From: Callorhinchus milii
Taxonomy: Eukaryota
DNA: 64,000 bases
Direction of reading: 5' to 3'
Assembly: GCF_018977255.1 (NCBI RefSeq)
Contig: NW_024704743.1
Location: 70,496,001-70,560,000 of the forward strand
The notes beneath the pieces are model-generated. The model saw nothing but the letters and a program-made list of their open reading frames with translations. It did no database searches and had not been told where the DNA came from. This document shows positions 13,059-25,770 of this stretch, piece by piece (position 1 is the stretch's first letter; each line of letters opens with the position of its first letter). Position numbers and translations under genes: made by a program.

Positions 13059-15689
13059 GAATCTAACTAGTAATGTTTGACTCTCTCATAATATCTGTCA
13101 GTGCTTTACAAATATTGATGTGCCTCTATGAATACCCTAGGGTACAATTAATCCATCCCAAAGGATTTATTGGTTTTTAAAATTTAAATTTAAAAAAATT
13201 AAAACTTTCAGCTTCAGCTTCACTCAATGCTGGAGCTCAAAAAGGTTTGCTACAAGGAATCAAAGTGTGGATGTTCTGAACAGTTCAAGTATTGTGGAAT
13301 TGGTAGTATTGTGGATTTTCACCAAAATATTCAAAGGAAAGGCAGTATTTTTGTTGTATAATTTTTGGACAAGGACGAACTGCTACATGGTATCATAAGG
13401 CAATCTCATCTTTATTCTGCACTGTGAGAAGTTTCTTTTGGCTCTGAGGTCAGAACCCATACTTCCTGAGTGAAGTCACTTTGCAATGCAATATCTCACG
13501 TTAGCTTGATATTTTCTAATAAGCTCTGATCACAGCTGAGCCCTTCCTGTGCACAGCTTGTAAGAGGTTTGGTGTTGTTCACTTCCTGTTCTACGGTAAT
13601 TATGGCACACACACACACACACACACAGTGAGGAGGTACTGAAAATGAATGAACAGGAGACGAGGTAGAGAAATACAGAAAGAAGGAAAGAAAAGATGGA
13701 AATGATTAACTAGAAATATGATCAAGAAAATGATCAGATATAGGAAGAATGTGACAGTTTCTGCATACAATGGAAAAACATTGATAAAGGATTAAAAAAT
13801 TAATGAAATTAAGTACTGAGAGAAATATTGAATGGNAAAAAAATTACAATGATATATACACTTTATATGCTCTGTTAACTTTCTTTTGGTTATCATTATT
13901 GTGTTTCATTTGTTAATCAACCTAACACCTTAACATTGACCAGTCAGTCTCAAGATTAATATTACCACCAATATTCTATCAGTTTGGTGGTGGGAAGCAC
14001 ATCAAACTGACGATTTTACTTCTGCAGCAGAGTTGTTAAGACTTTGTGTGGTATCTAATTGCAAAAAATGTTGCATTCTAGCCATTATATTAGCATCGAG
14101 ATAGTTCAATAGTCAATTCAATTTATTCATTAAATAAGTGAGCATATATGTTGATACAAATCTATATTGTACATGATTTTTGTAATAAAATGCTGCTTTC
14201 AAAAGTGTGACTAACAGTTTATAGTGTGGCTGATTTTACCAAAAAGAGTCAAAATACGGTTCCATTTAAAGTATGGGAGTTCAATAATAGATTCTGTTTG
14301 CTATTATAAATGGGATGCGGTAGTTGTGTGAACTTGTACAAGTGTGGCCACTTTTGGAACATTACAGCTTTAAGGAAGCACACTTATTTGCATAATTTGC
14401 ATACTCCATGAGGTGCAAAGGTTTCTGAGCTAACTCACTTATGTTGCTGCATAAATTGTGACAATACTCTTCTAAACAGCTCTGCGAGTTTTCCATTTTT
14501 GAATACGGTGATGTGTAATGTTTAACTTGGAATTATTAATTGCATTCGTCTTTCCGCCATGAGAGAGTAAGAGTGCTTGGCTGAGGATACTTGATGAAAA
14601 ACGTATCTAAATAATGGTTCCTTTCTTAGAGGTGTAATGGTCTGTAACAAGCGCGGTGAAGGAATGTAACATAAAGAACACAATGTTTTGCATCAGGAGA
14701 AAGGAAAAAATGTAACATGAGATGTTATACGTCGTGTTTGTTTTGGATTTATGTTGTACCAAATATTATATTTATAAATAAATATAATTTTTTTTAAAAA
14801 AGGGGAGCGTCCCACAAACGTGTGCACACCACGTAGCCCGGTCCATCACATTTCTCCAATGGAAGATGTTGCATTTTGTGTTGTACCAAATATATAATAT
14901 TTTTCAAATAAATATATATTTTCAAAAAAAGGGAGTAATCTTTAACCATCGAATCACTCAGAAAATGGTTATTATGTTGCACTCAAAGAGTTGGAAACTG
15001 CCAATGTTAATATTTCAACAATTTTTCCTACACTTGGAGATGCAGTACATTTCAAAGAGGATTCTCAGTTATAGAACCTCTCGTTGATTGACACAGAACC
15101 TTCACTCAAGTCTTTTTTTTAAACGTCAGCAAAATATTATAAATCTGCTTCCCCAATGTATTAAAGTGATTTAATTACATAATTGGAAACTCATTATGGT
15201 GTGACTGGGGAACAGCACCTCATGGGGTGCCATAGGAATCCTTTATTGTTTATAAGCAGGTTAGAGAAGAGTGTTTATTACATTGTACAATTTGCTGATG
15301 GTACCACCAAGATATTTGACATCTCAGAGTCCCTCTGCCTTGCCTCCACTCTCCCACCCTTCAAAATCACTCTTCAAAGCCCTCTCTCTTTGACTGAGCC
15401 CTGCTTCCTCCCCCCTCCAGCTTCCCTCCTCCCTCCCCAGCTCTTAATCACTGTGTGAAACATTTGAGTTTCCTCCTAATGTAAAAAGTACTATATAAAT
15501 GTAAATTGTAAATAGAATGGTTTATACCTCACTTTCCACACAAACTGCCCCTCAAGTTAATTCAACATTCTTGACTTCATACGTGTGATGTCCCTGTTCA
15601 GTCTTATGACCTCCTATCTGTGGTTCAACCAGAAGTCCACTCAGGAATTCTATTCAATTACATTCAAGACATTCCCGTCAAGGATGTGC

Positions 15690-16615
15690 TCCTTAAATAA
15701 ATGAATGGCTCTGATTGAACTATCTCAGAGATGTGCTCCACAAATGTATTGATTCCTTTCTATCAATGGGTATCCTAGAGCTATCTTCAATAAACGAGCA
15801 AATCACCACCAATGAATAAACCCCAAGCCAAGTATAGGAAGTTAGCCTGAAACTCCAACCAATAAATGAATGAAGTCTCTCAATGAATTACATATGAATT
15901 GTACTTGATGAATGATGCCATGCTGGGCTCAGTAAATTATATATTACTACATTTTCTTAATAACGTGTCCCCCTAAAGAGCTGTCTTCGACACATTCCAA
16001 CATTTTTCCTGATGATTTACCCTGAGCTTAACTTAATAAATTAACAAATCATCTTGGAAAACTAACCCTAAGTTATGTTGAACAATTTGTTAAATCACTT
16101 TAATAACTTACCCTGAGCTGTGCTATATTAATGAATGAAACAATTTAATAACCTGCCTTGAGCTATGCTCTATTAATGAATGAATCACTTTAATAACTTA
16201 CCCTGAACTATGCTCTATTAATGAATAAATCACTTTAATAACGTACCCTGAACTGTGATCTATTAATGAATTAATTAATTTAATAACTTTCCCTGAGCTG
16301 TGCTCTATTAATGAATTAATGTAATAACTTTCTCGGAGCTGTGCTATATTAATGAATGAATCACTTTAATAACTTACCTTGAGCTGTGCTATATTAACGA
16401 ATGAATCACTTTAATAACTTACCCTGAGCTGTGCTATATTAATAAATGAATCATGTTAATAACATGCCAGAAGCTGTGCTCTATTAATGAATCACTTTAA
16501 TAATTTACTCTGCACCGTGCTCTATTAATTGATAAATCAAAATCTGTAACTTACTTGCAAACTGTATTCAATTAACTAACAAATTGTCTGAACAGCCTAC
16601 CCTTGAGCAGTACCT
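15690..16615. repeat. 45-bp minisatellite (core 16095-16560, about 10 units, degenerate flanks)
   Basis: Unit TCACTTTAATAACTTACCCTGAGCTGTGCTATATTAATGAATGAA; TAATAAC recurs at 16101, 16146, 16191 and 16236. Confidence 0.9.
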
Positions 16616-19134
16616 CTAAAATAATAACACTTTAATAAATTAATAGGGTATTTGTTTTCCATAGACATCACACTCCTTTCCTCTTTTTACTTTGCTATGT
16701 AGTTCTCTTGCCTCAAAGCTCCCCTTGTATAACATGTTGCTTATACTCTGCGTTGAGGATATCAGGCTGGTCAGAGACTCAATTCTAATTACACTCCTGA
16801 CTGCTTGGATCATTTATTGGACTGACTACACTGAATCCTTTTCTACTCTTTTCTTCAGGCATTGCACCCTTTCCTGTGGTCCCAGTGGTTTGAGTTGTGC
16901 ACCGAACCTTAGGCTTATATTTTGTTTGGAAATTATTATTGAAGAGTTCTCATATGACATCACATTGCAACGCTAATTCTTCCTCGCTTTTCCTTTTGTT
17001 GTTCCTTTCCCTAACTGCACTCATTCCTTTTCTTCCAAGTTTCCGCCAACTCAGACAAACTAGCCTGGTCCCTGCACTGTAGTATTCACCTATGCTTCAA
17101 ATCACTCCTAACTTTTCTCCCAACACATCCATACTTACCTGATACTGTGCTTTTATTCTCTCTTTGTTTGCGTTGAGATTTCTGTACTCTACACATGTGT
17201 AAGACTCTTCAAACAAGCACTACACATGTTTCTGAAGAGCTATTCTTTGACCATGATGGAATAGGTATGCAAATCACTGTAAAAGAAAGAATTAAATGGT
17301 AAAGAATGAAAAGGAACAAATAAACAGAGAAAAATATAAAAGGAAACAGAAGCTAACATGAAAACTGAATCTTTCAATGGATAAAAACTGTAAGTGAGAA
17401 AAGCACTGAAAAGTAATCCAAGATAATAAGCACAACACCCCCCCCACCCACACACACATACGCCCATTATTCAAATCAATGCTGATCCACTTTTTAACTG
17501 TAATTGTTGTCCTTTTGACATTCAATGCATTTAAATTTCCTGTTGTAATTCAGTTCAGAGCAGCTGTTAGCCCTCAGCTCTTTCTCAAATCTCAATCACA
17601 TTCTGGACTCCCTGATAATGACAACAGTCAATTTCCCAGTGTTTTTCTCTGCTAATAAAAGTGCTTAAATATTAGCTTGACAGATTTAAATATCAGGCCT
17701 TTCCCCTGCAGGTTGTGGCCTTCAAAAAAGTGCTATGGGTGAGCAATAATTAAACATTGTTTTTCTTTTATATCAGATACTCCAGGAAACAAGGCCAGAG
17801 TCTATTGTTCTCTCCATTTCTATCTTTGCTGTAGAATTATTCCTTTTCATTTCTCTTTATTATTCAACCTGGTCTGTTTGACAGTGTTTCAGTAACAATT
17901 CGAACCCAGATGTCTCATTAGAAAAAGGTGCTTTCATTTTTTTAGGTTGTAGCTGGACTATTTCCCCCCTTCTTATGATTACTCATCTTTGTGAACCACA
18001 TGAAAGTCATTACGATGGGATGTTGGCCACTACCTATAGATATGATAACATTTAACAAGCTTCTCTACATACTCTGAAGAGACAAGTGGGTCAATTTTTG
18101 ACCTCCTTCACTTCAGTTTTAATCTTTGCGTTTCTCACCTGGTTAACCCATGAAACTGTACTTGCCACGAAACTTGAGGCATTTCCATCTCGGCAATTCC
18201 CCTATATAACATTATTTTGGGGGCAGCATTCCAATGATTACTTTATTACAAGAGGAAGTTACAGTGAAAGTGGTCTATATGTCATTTTCTGTAAATGAAG
18301 GAGCCAAACATTACGGGGAAGAAATTCCACCCAGGTCCAGATTTACACTATTTTCTTAGTATTCAGAGCATCCGAAATGTTGGTAAATTATTGAATTAAG
18401 TCTTAACTTTGAAGTTGTTTTCCTAGTTTTAAAAAAAACTTACAGGAAACCATTTTCAAATATAAGATTATATTTAAGAATATTAAAAATTTTGCATGAT
18501 CTGAAGTTTTAACAAAATTGAATAAATCTAGACCCAGTTGCAATTCCCCCCTTGAAATTTTACAGTTGCCATGATGACCTTCTTGAGGTTTTAATAAGAT
18601 CAGGCTAGTTTTCTTTTTTCAGAAAAAAAAGTAGAATCACATGCTTATGTGCTTTTTTCTTCTCTGTATTCTCTGTTAATTTTGTTAACATTTGTTGATT
18701 TATTTGTTAAAAATAATAATAATCCTAGAAATTGATATAGTGCCTTTTAAGTCAGGGGGTCTTTGCAAAGTGCTTCACAGGATTTTACCATAAAGTGTAG
18801 TGCCTGCATACTTTATAAGCGAATGTGGAAGCCAATTTGTATTCAGCAATGTTCCACAAACAACTGTGAAGTGAACGATCAATTTTATGTGAGGGGTTGC
18901 TGACCAGGATTCTGGGAGGCACGCCTTCCTAATTTTTGAATAGTTTTGATCCTTAATGTGTTTTTTACATCCAAACAGGTATATCCATGCAGACAAGGAG
19001 GATTATAGTTTTGAGCGTCGAGGCATAAATGTTTGTGGCAAAATTACTCTTCTCACTCCATACCATAGAAATCCATCTCCCTCAGACCTCCCATCCTCCA
19101 ACAACCTAAGAGTCCTTCCATCCTCCTACAATTG

Positions 19135-19495
19135 TGTGGAGTCCTGTAGCTCAGTGGTTAGAGCACTCACCTCACGAGTGAGAGGCCTGTGTTTGATTCT
19201 CGGCAGGGCGAAACCTTGGGCAAGTTTCCTTACTCCACATGCCTCTGTTTACCTAGCAGTAAGTATGAACCCCCTTGTTAGTAGATTATTGGATTGCTTT
19301 TCCGGGGGTAATAATTCCTTCAAAAAAAATTGGTTACTTCAATCCATGACTGTTTGTGGGGCATTGCTATGTGCAATTGGCTGCCGCATTTCCCCCACAA
19401 AATACAGTCAATTCACTTTACAGTATATTCTGTGAAGCACTTTGAGACGTCTCAAAGACATGATAAGGCGCTATATCAAATGCAAGGATTATTAA
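19135..19495 (+). mobile_element. tRNA-Ala SINE, long subfamily
   Basis: Complete from head to (ATT)n tail. Confidence 0.92.
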
Positions 19496-19816
19496 TTAAT
19501 AATAATAATAATCCTTGCATTTGATATAGCGCTTTTCACGTCGGGAGGACGTCCCAAAGCGCTTCACAGAACACACTGTAAAGTGAGTTGACTCTATATT
19601 TGTGGGCGAACGCGGCAGCCAATTGCGTGCAGCAATGTCCCACAAACAGTCGTAGATTGAAAATGACCAATTTATTATTGTGTTTGGTTTTGGAGGGATT
19701 ATTATTAGGTGTGTGGAGTAAGGAAACTTGCCCAAGGTTTCGCCCTGCCTGGAATTAAACTCAGGTCTCTCGCTTGCAAAGCGAGTGCTCTAACCACTGA
19801 GCTACAGGACTCCACA
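19496..19816 (-). mobile_element. tRNA-Ala SINE, short subfamily (young)
   Basis: Complete, close to the copies at 752-1070 and 55918-56240, and tail-to-tail with the previous SINE. Confidence 0.93.
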
Positions 19817-21229
19817 TTGACAATGCTTTAAAATTCAAGCTTACCACAAAAACAAAGGAATGAATCTTGTAGTCTGGAATGATCAAGGTACTTTTCTAGC
19901 TTGATAAACTAATCAGTCTCTCTCAAGGGTTTGTATTTTAGTTTATTTACTTCACCAAATGCAGAAAGCAATCGGCTTCTGGTAACACACATTCTGGAAT
20001 ACATCCATCAAATTCTTTAGATTGTAAGTAAAAGAACTACTTGCACTTTCAAAATGTCTCTTTCAAGATATTGGTAATTACAAGTGTGTGTTCAGATACC
20101 TTTCAAAATTATTTGCTTCAGAGCAAGTACGTTTTGCATTTTGTCTCTGCATTGACTATGATTATTATCAGAAGTGCATTTCAAGTAATAAATATATATC
20201 CCTTGCTTTTGCATTATTTATTAACACATTTCTCTCATTGAAGATGTTGGTCCAGTCTTTCAACTTTGAGCTACTAAAGGTCTGTATTATCTTATCAACA
20301 AGCTCTGCAGTCTTAACCTCAACTTATCTTTTTTTACTTTTATTTGCATGATGTGACAAATATTAGTAAAAATGTGAAGACAACACAAGCAGGAAGTACA
20401 ACAAACCACAGCTCACAGTCCTCAGCATGGTCAGGATGTAATGTCAGCTGCACAACACAGGCCCAGCTCATGTAGATGCAAAAGGTTGTTTCCTTTACTT
20501 TTGTACATTTTTACCCCAGTATGAATATAGGGCCCACCCTCAACTTTATTTTTTGAGTTCCCATTTCAAGATGTATCCCTATTTGTCCTGAATAACAATT
20601 TCATTGAGCAAATCCATTGATACTTTGTATTAAAATGTTCAGATCTGATAACAATGACTATTTCTCTATGTTTAAAAGACTGAGTGGTGGTACACACCTA
20701 GTGATTTCAGCTAAATGATTTGGGAGGAAATGATAATGCAATATTGGTATGTCTTTTTGTGAACAGAAAGAGTGCACGGGAGCTATTGATTTTGCTGAAC
20801 TAAAATATTTTTTTATGACATTTGGAATTAAAGGTTGGTGATTATAAAACAAAGAATCTTCAATCAGCCACAGGAGAGCTGATAGGGACATACGAAGAAC
20901 ATAACAATTTTTAAGACTGTAGAGGCTTTTCGCGAAAAATCGCTCACTTTTTGTTTGATCTGAACCACACATAGGAGGGGCTTAAGGAGGGGGGGGCTTG
21001 TGTTCAGTGTAAACAAACTAGTTGAGCTGAGGGCCTGTTTCTGTGCCGTATATCACTCTATGTAACTTAATACGTAATATCTCACAGCATCTTTCTTTAA
21101 TTCTCTTTCCAGAAACACATCTAGTTCCATCTAGAACATATCTGGTTCAATATTCTTTCCTGAAAAATTATTCCACAGGTTTATTACCCTTAGGCGTAAA
21201 ATACACATGTTCACTGCACTTTAATAATA

Positions 21230-21897
21230 TATAATAACAATAATCCTTGGATTTGATATAGAGTCTTATCACTCCTTCTAGATGTCTCAAAGCACTGCAC
21301 AGAATATATTGTAAAGTGAATTGGCTGTATATTTGTGGGCGAAATGCAGCAACCAATTGTGCACAGCAGTGTCCCACAAACAGTCGTGGATTGAGTGGCC
21401 ATTTTATTATTGTTTTTTTTAAGGATTATTATCCCTGGAAAAGCGATCCGCCAATCGACCAGCAACCGGGTTCCTACTTACTGCTAGGTAAACAGAGGCG
21501 TGTGGAGTAAGGAAACTTGCCCAACATTTCATTCTGCGGGGATTGAAACCAGGTCCCTTGCTTGCAAGGCCAGTGCTCTAACCACTGAGCTGCAGGACTC
21601 CAATATACTGTAAAGTGAATTGATTGTATATTTTCTGGGCAGAACGCGGCGGCCAATTGTGCACAGCAATGTCCCACAAACAGTCGTGGATTGAGTGACC
21701 AAATTTTTTTTAAGGGCTTATTACCCCCCAGAAAAGGGATCCACCAATCGATTAAAACCCAGGTTCCTACTTACTACTAGATAAAAAGTGGCATATAGAG
21801 TAACAAACTAGCCCAACATTTTGCCCTGACTGGGAATCAAACCCAAGTCCTCTCACTTGCAAAGCGAGTGCTCTAACCACTAAGCTGTAGGACTCCG
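21230..21897 (-). mobile_element. Head-to-tail pair of long tRNA-Ala SINEs (21230-21602 and 21603-21897)
   Basis: Two heads end at 21602 and 21897; the second copy lacks its 3' tail. Confidence 0.88.
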
Positions 21898-23894
21898 TGG
21901 CAGTTCATATTTCCAATATATAATTCCAACAGCGAAGAATTAAAACTTAAATCAACTTGGGATGACAATGCTAGTGGAAGTAAAATAACATTTGATACAC
22001 AGCCTTTCAAGGTAGATGGGCATTTCAAAGTGCTTCACCGGATACCGAGTAAAATGACGGTGTCTTATTTGAAGGCAAATGTGACAAACTATTTGCGCGC
22101 AACAATGTCCCACAAACAGCCCTGAAGTGAATGACTAATTTTATCTGGGGGATTGTTACCAGGATACTTAGAGAAACTCCCTTTATGCTGAGCTGAATAT
22201 TGGAAACAGCATTGCACAAAGTGACTTATTGGATGGATTTTGTGCCAGAATACCTGTAAGGACATTGTAACATAAGCATTGTTTTGAAGTCCATTTCTGA
22301 TCATGATGTTAATCAGAGGGTATGTAGCTGATTAAAGAAGCTCATTGTGTTGAATTGTACACTGGAGACTATTCTGCTTGATCATATCAGAGGACGCTTA
22401 CAATTGGGCAGAGGTGAACCGAAATGTCTGTGCATTTAGACAACACATCAATTCCTTCTACTACCTGCTCTGCTTATTCAGGACTTCATTTGGTATTAAT
22501 AAACTTCGGAATATATATTCAAGTAATAAGTAACTTATAGTAATATTACACTTTATATTATAACTTCTTGATCTATAAGAAATAGCGAATGGCAGGAAGT
22601 CTGGTTAAAACAGTGCCCTCAAATGACATGCCTTTTGTTTGTTACTGCATTGAACTCCATAGAGTAATGCGTTTCAACATAACATTTAGAGAAACGTACA
22701 ATGAACGCATATGTAATAGTAAGTGCATGTCGAGATTTAGCTTGATCAGTTTTCAGTTTCTGATCTTATGTGTTTCAAAAATATAAGGTATACATGTGAA
22801 CTATTCAGGATCACAGAATGAGCTTGCCTGTTGTAATTTTGTTGTTTCAGTCCCACCAATGCACATTAATATAAATTTTGTGCTGGGTTCTGTAAATGTC
22901 AGGTTAGAGACGAATCTGTTTATAAATATGAAGTGTGATTATATGCAAAATATTAGCTACCAATCAAGGCCAGGGTACAATTTTCATTTGCCACTGCCAA
23001 GGTGAGAGCAGGACTATAAACAACCAAGTCATGTTATGTCTTCAGCTTGCAATAACATTAATTTGCTCCTTTGGTGGCATGTGGGCTTTGGCATCATGGC
23101 AAGCACAATACCACCTTAGGTGATGCACAGCTATGCGATGTACATTTCCTATAGTAAAAATCAAACCAAACCACTGTGCAGAATTCTCTATCCCACGTGT
23201 TATGCACTGCAAAGAAATTGTAATCTGTTTTTGAAAGATTTTTAACTGCTCATTATGAAGGGATGAATGGTCCCGATTAATAATAAACAGCTTGTGTGGC
23301 CATTCTCTCTTTGCTGCATTAAATGCTGGAGCCAAATGCCAGCAACAGCTTGAAAGCATTCTAAAAGGCCACAAGGATTACAGTTCAGATATCATCTACA
23401 TAACTCCATATGGCATGAATGCCTGGACACAGCAATATTACTTACAATATTTGCAATGGAAATGAATGCATGAAATAAAGAATCAGATTCTATCTTAGTA
23501 AAAATATAACTTACTTCATTACTGTCGCAAACCTCCCACTAGGGCCAATCCTTGGACCTTATACTCCTGGACATTTCCTAATTGTAAATAATAACTGTTA
23601 CATTTGATATAGTGCTTTTCACGTCAGGTGGTACATTCCAAAATGCTTCCCGGGATATACTGTAAAATGACTATATATTTTGTAATATACTGTGTATTTC
23701 TTTGTAGTTAGAGCTAATAGTTTAAATGTTAGCCTGTAAAAGAAAGTCAAATGCATCCTTTTGGGCGTTCTGTATTTTTTCACAATTCAGCATCGGAGAT
23801 TGACGTGGCTCCATTACCTCCCACATTCCCAAATGTGTCCCACAAGTAGTCGTGGATTGAATTTTTTTTAAAAAGGAATTATTACCCCAGGAAT

Positions 23895-24330
23895 AATTCT
23901 GCAACCGTGTCCTCTTCCGTACCAGGCTCCATGACCGTATCAGCCACATCCTTGCCCGACTCCACCGGCTTCCCATCAAACAGAGGATACAATTCAAGAT
24001 CCTGATCCTCACCTTCAAAGCCTTCCATGGTCTTGCTCCCCCCCTACATCTGCGACCTCCTAACCTCCTACCAATGTTTCCACTCCCTCCGCTCAGTGTG
24101 CTCCAGCCTGCTTCACGTCCCCTGCTTCTCCCACCTCACCATTGGTCGGCGGGTCTTCTGCCACTCTGTCCCCACCCTCTGGAACTCCATCCCGCAGTCC
24201 CTCCATGTCGCCTCCTCCCTTGCCTCATTCAAGACCCATCTCAAGACCCTCCTCTTCAACCGTGCTTTCGATCATCCTGCTTCACCCCCTGTCCTCCACT
24301 CTGCCTGATCCTGACCCCCAGCTTGGGTCT
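23895..24330 (+). mobile_element. L2 3' fragment
   Basis: Encodes RIQFKILILTFKA and PTLWNSIP..FKTHLKTLLFNRAF. Confidence 0.88.
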
Positions 24331-24939
24331 GAAACACTGACTGTCTAATTTTCTAAATCTCAACCAATCTGAATTTGGCAGAGAATAAGTGATGCTAAAT
24401 AACATTATTTCACTTTACATTTTTTCAGGAATTGTAAGTTATGTTTGAATCAGCTGTAATGAAACATATCAAGATACTTCTATTTCCTGTTGCAATAATG
24501 AAAAACAGAACGTATAAGTTTGTTTTAAATCATAGTGCTTCATAAGGAGAGTTGCGTAAAATATCACTTCAGTTTTGAGTTGCATCGCTTTTACATATTT
24601 TCTTTTCTCCACCTCATTTGGTTCATCCTCTTTCTTTGCCACTGGTTTGTAGCACATAGAGATATTACCGTTCTGTGTATTTTGCAGCAAAATTTATGTA
24701 AATCGAAACATTTTATATTAATAATCCTTGCATTTGATGTTGCCTATAACAATGTAAAGCATAGTGATGCTATCTGTAGGCAAATTTAACAGTTAGTTTG
24801 AACACGGAATTGCCCAACAAACAGCCACAAAGTCAATGACAAATTTTATCTGGAGAATTGTAGATCAGGAGATCAGGAAAAAAAAACTTCCTTCTCTTTT
24901 CAAGTGTCTTGGGATCATCAACATATGCCCAACAGCAGA

Positions 24940-25322
24940 TAATAATAATAATCATTGCATTTGATACAGCACTTTTCACGTCTTCGAGACGTCTCAAAGC
25001 GCTTCACGGAATATACTGTAAAGTGTATTACTTTACGATTGACTGTATATTTTGTGGGCGAAATGCAGCCAATTGCGCACAGCAGTGTGCCACAAACAGT
25101 CATGGATTGAAGTCACCCATTTTTTATTTTTTTAAAAATTAATTATTACCCCCGGAAAAATAATCTGTCAGTCGACTAACAACCAGGTTCCTACTTACTG
25201 CTAGGTAAACAAAGATGTGTGGAGTAAGGAAACTTAACCAATATTTTGCCATGCCGGGATTCGAATCCCGGTCTCTCGGATGCAAAGTGAGTACTCTAAC
25301 CACTGAGCTACAGGACTCCACA
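24940..25322 (-). mobile_element. tRNA-Ala SINE, long subfamily, inserted in an older Deu-type SINE
   Basis: Complete head and tail; same junction as 62552-62925. Confidence 0.9.
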
Positions 25323-25589
25323 TGTGATCTGGGAGTACATGTGACACATTGTGAAATGTGACTGGACGGCTTTTTGAATGTGACTGTGTAGAGTGTAGGG
25401 TGTATAGAGCGATGGAGAGTTACCTTCTCCACACAGGGAACCATAGGCCCAAGGCAAGGTGGGGATAATACTTCTAGATGATATGTTAACTATCATAAGT
25501 TCGTTGAATTAATAACTGGGGCTAACACGCTGCAAATCAAAAATTAGTGCTTATTTCTCAGTGGAGCCAGAGTCCTGTTCTCCTTTGGT

Positions 25590-25770
25590 ATCCACAGGAA
25601 TGAGCAATGCTAACCCTGTCTATATTTTCTTCCTCATCACTGAGACCAGTTGTCATGCCTTTACTGCTCAGCTGAGACCAGCTAACTCATCACGGACCAG
25701 GCATTGAGCACAGGACCTTCCCAGTCTTCATGGCTCAACTAATCACTAAATAAACTCACTAGACTGTCAT
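25590..25770 (-). mobile_element. Old tRNA-derived SINE fragment of a third family (related piece at ~10495-10640, + strand)
   Basis: Minus strand reads GAGCCATGAAGACTGGGAAGGTCCTGTGCTCAATGCCTGGTCCGTGATGAGTTAGCTGGTCTCAGC, which resembles an ancient vertebrate SINE; the family name is not certain. Confidence 0.5.

Larger units (their letters stand above)
23895..25322 (+). repeat. Duplicated block, copy 1 (copy 2 at 60910-62925)
   Basis: The same L2 fragment, about 400 bp of non-TE sequence and SINE junctions are present in both copies. Confidence 0.9.

Noticed and set aside
13624..13662. V(D)J recombination signal (CACAGTG)
   Set aside because: No nonamer at 12- or 23-bp spacing and no V or J segment; the heptamer is the end of a (CA)n run.
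16095..16560. CRISPR-like regular repeats
   Set aside because: The units abut with no unique spacers, there are no cas genes, and the context is eukaryotic; it is a minisatellite.
17131..17141. U1 snRNA 5' end (ATACTTACCTG)
   Set aside because: No further U1 sequence follows; it is better read as a minus-strand splice donor.
24422..24439. 5-nt plus-strand microexon (TTTTCAG-GAATT-GTAAGT), also at ~61415
   Set aside because: Its presence in both copies is explained by the duplication; it is not frame-preserving and has no supporting exons.
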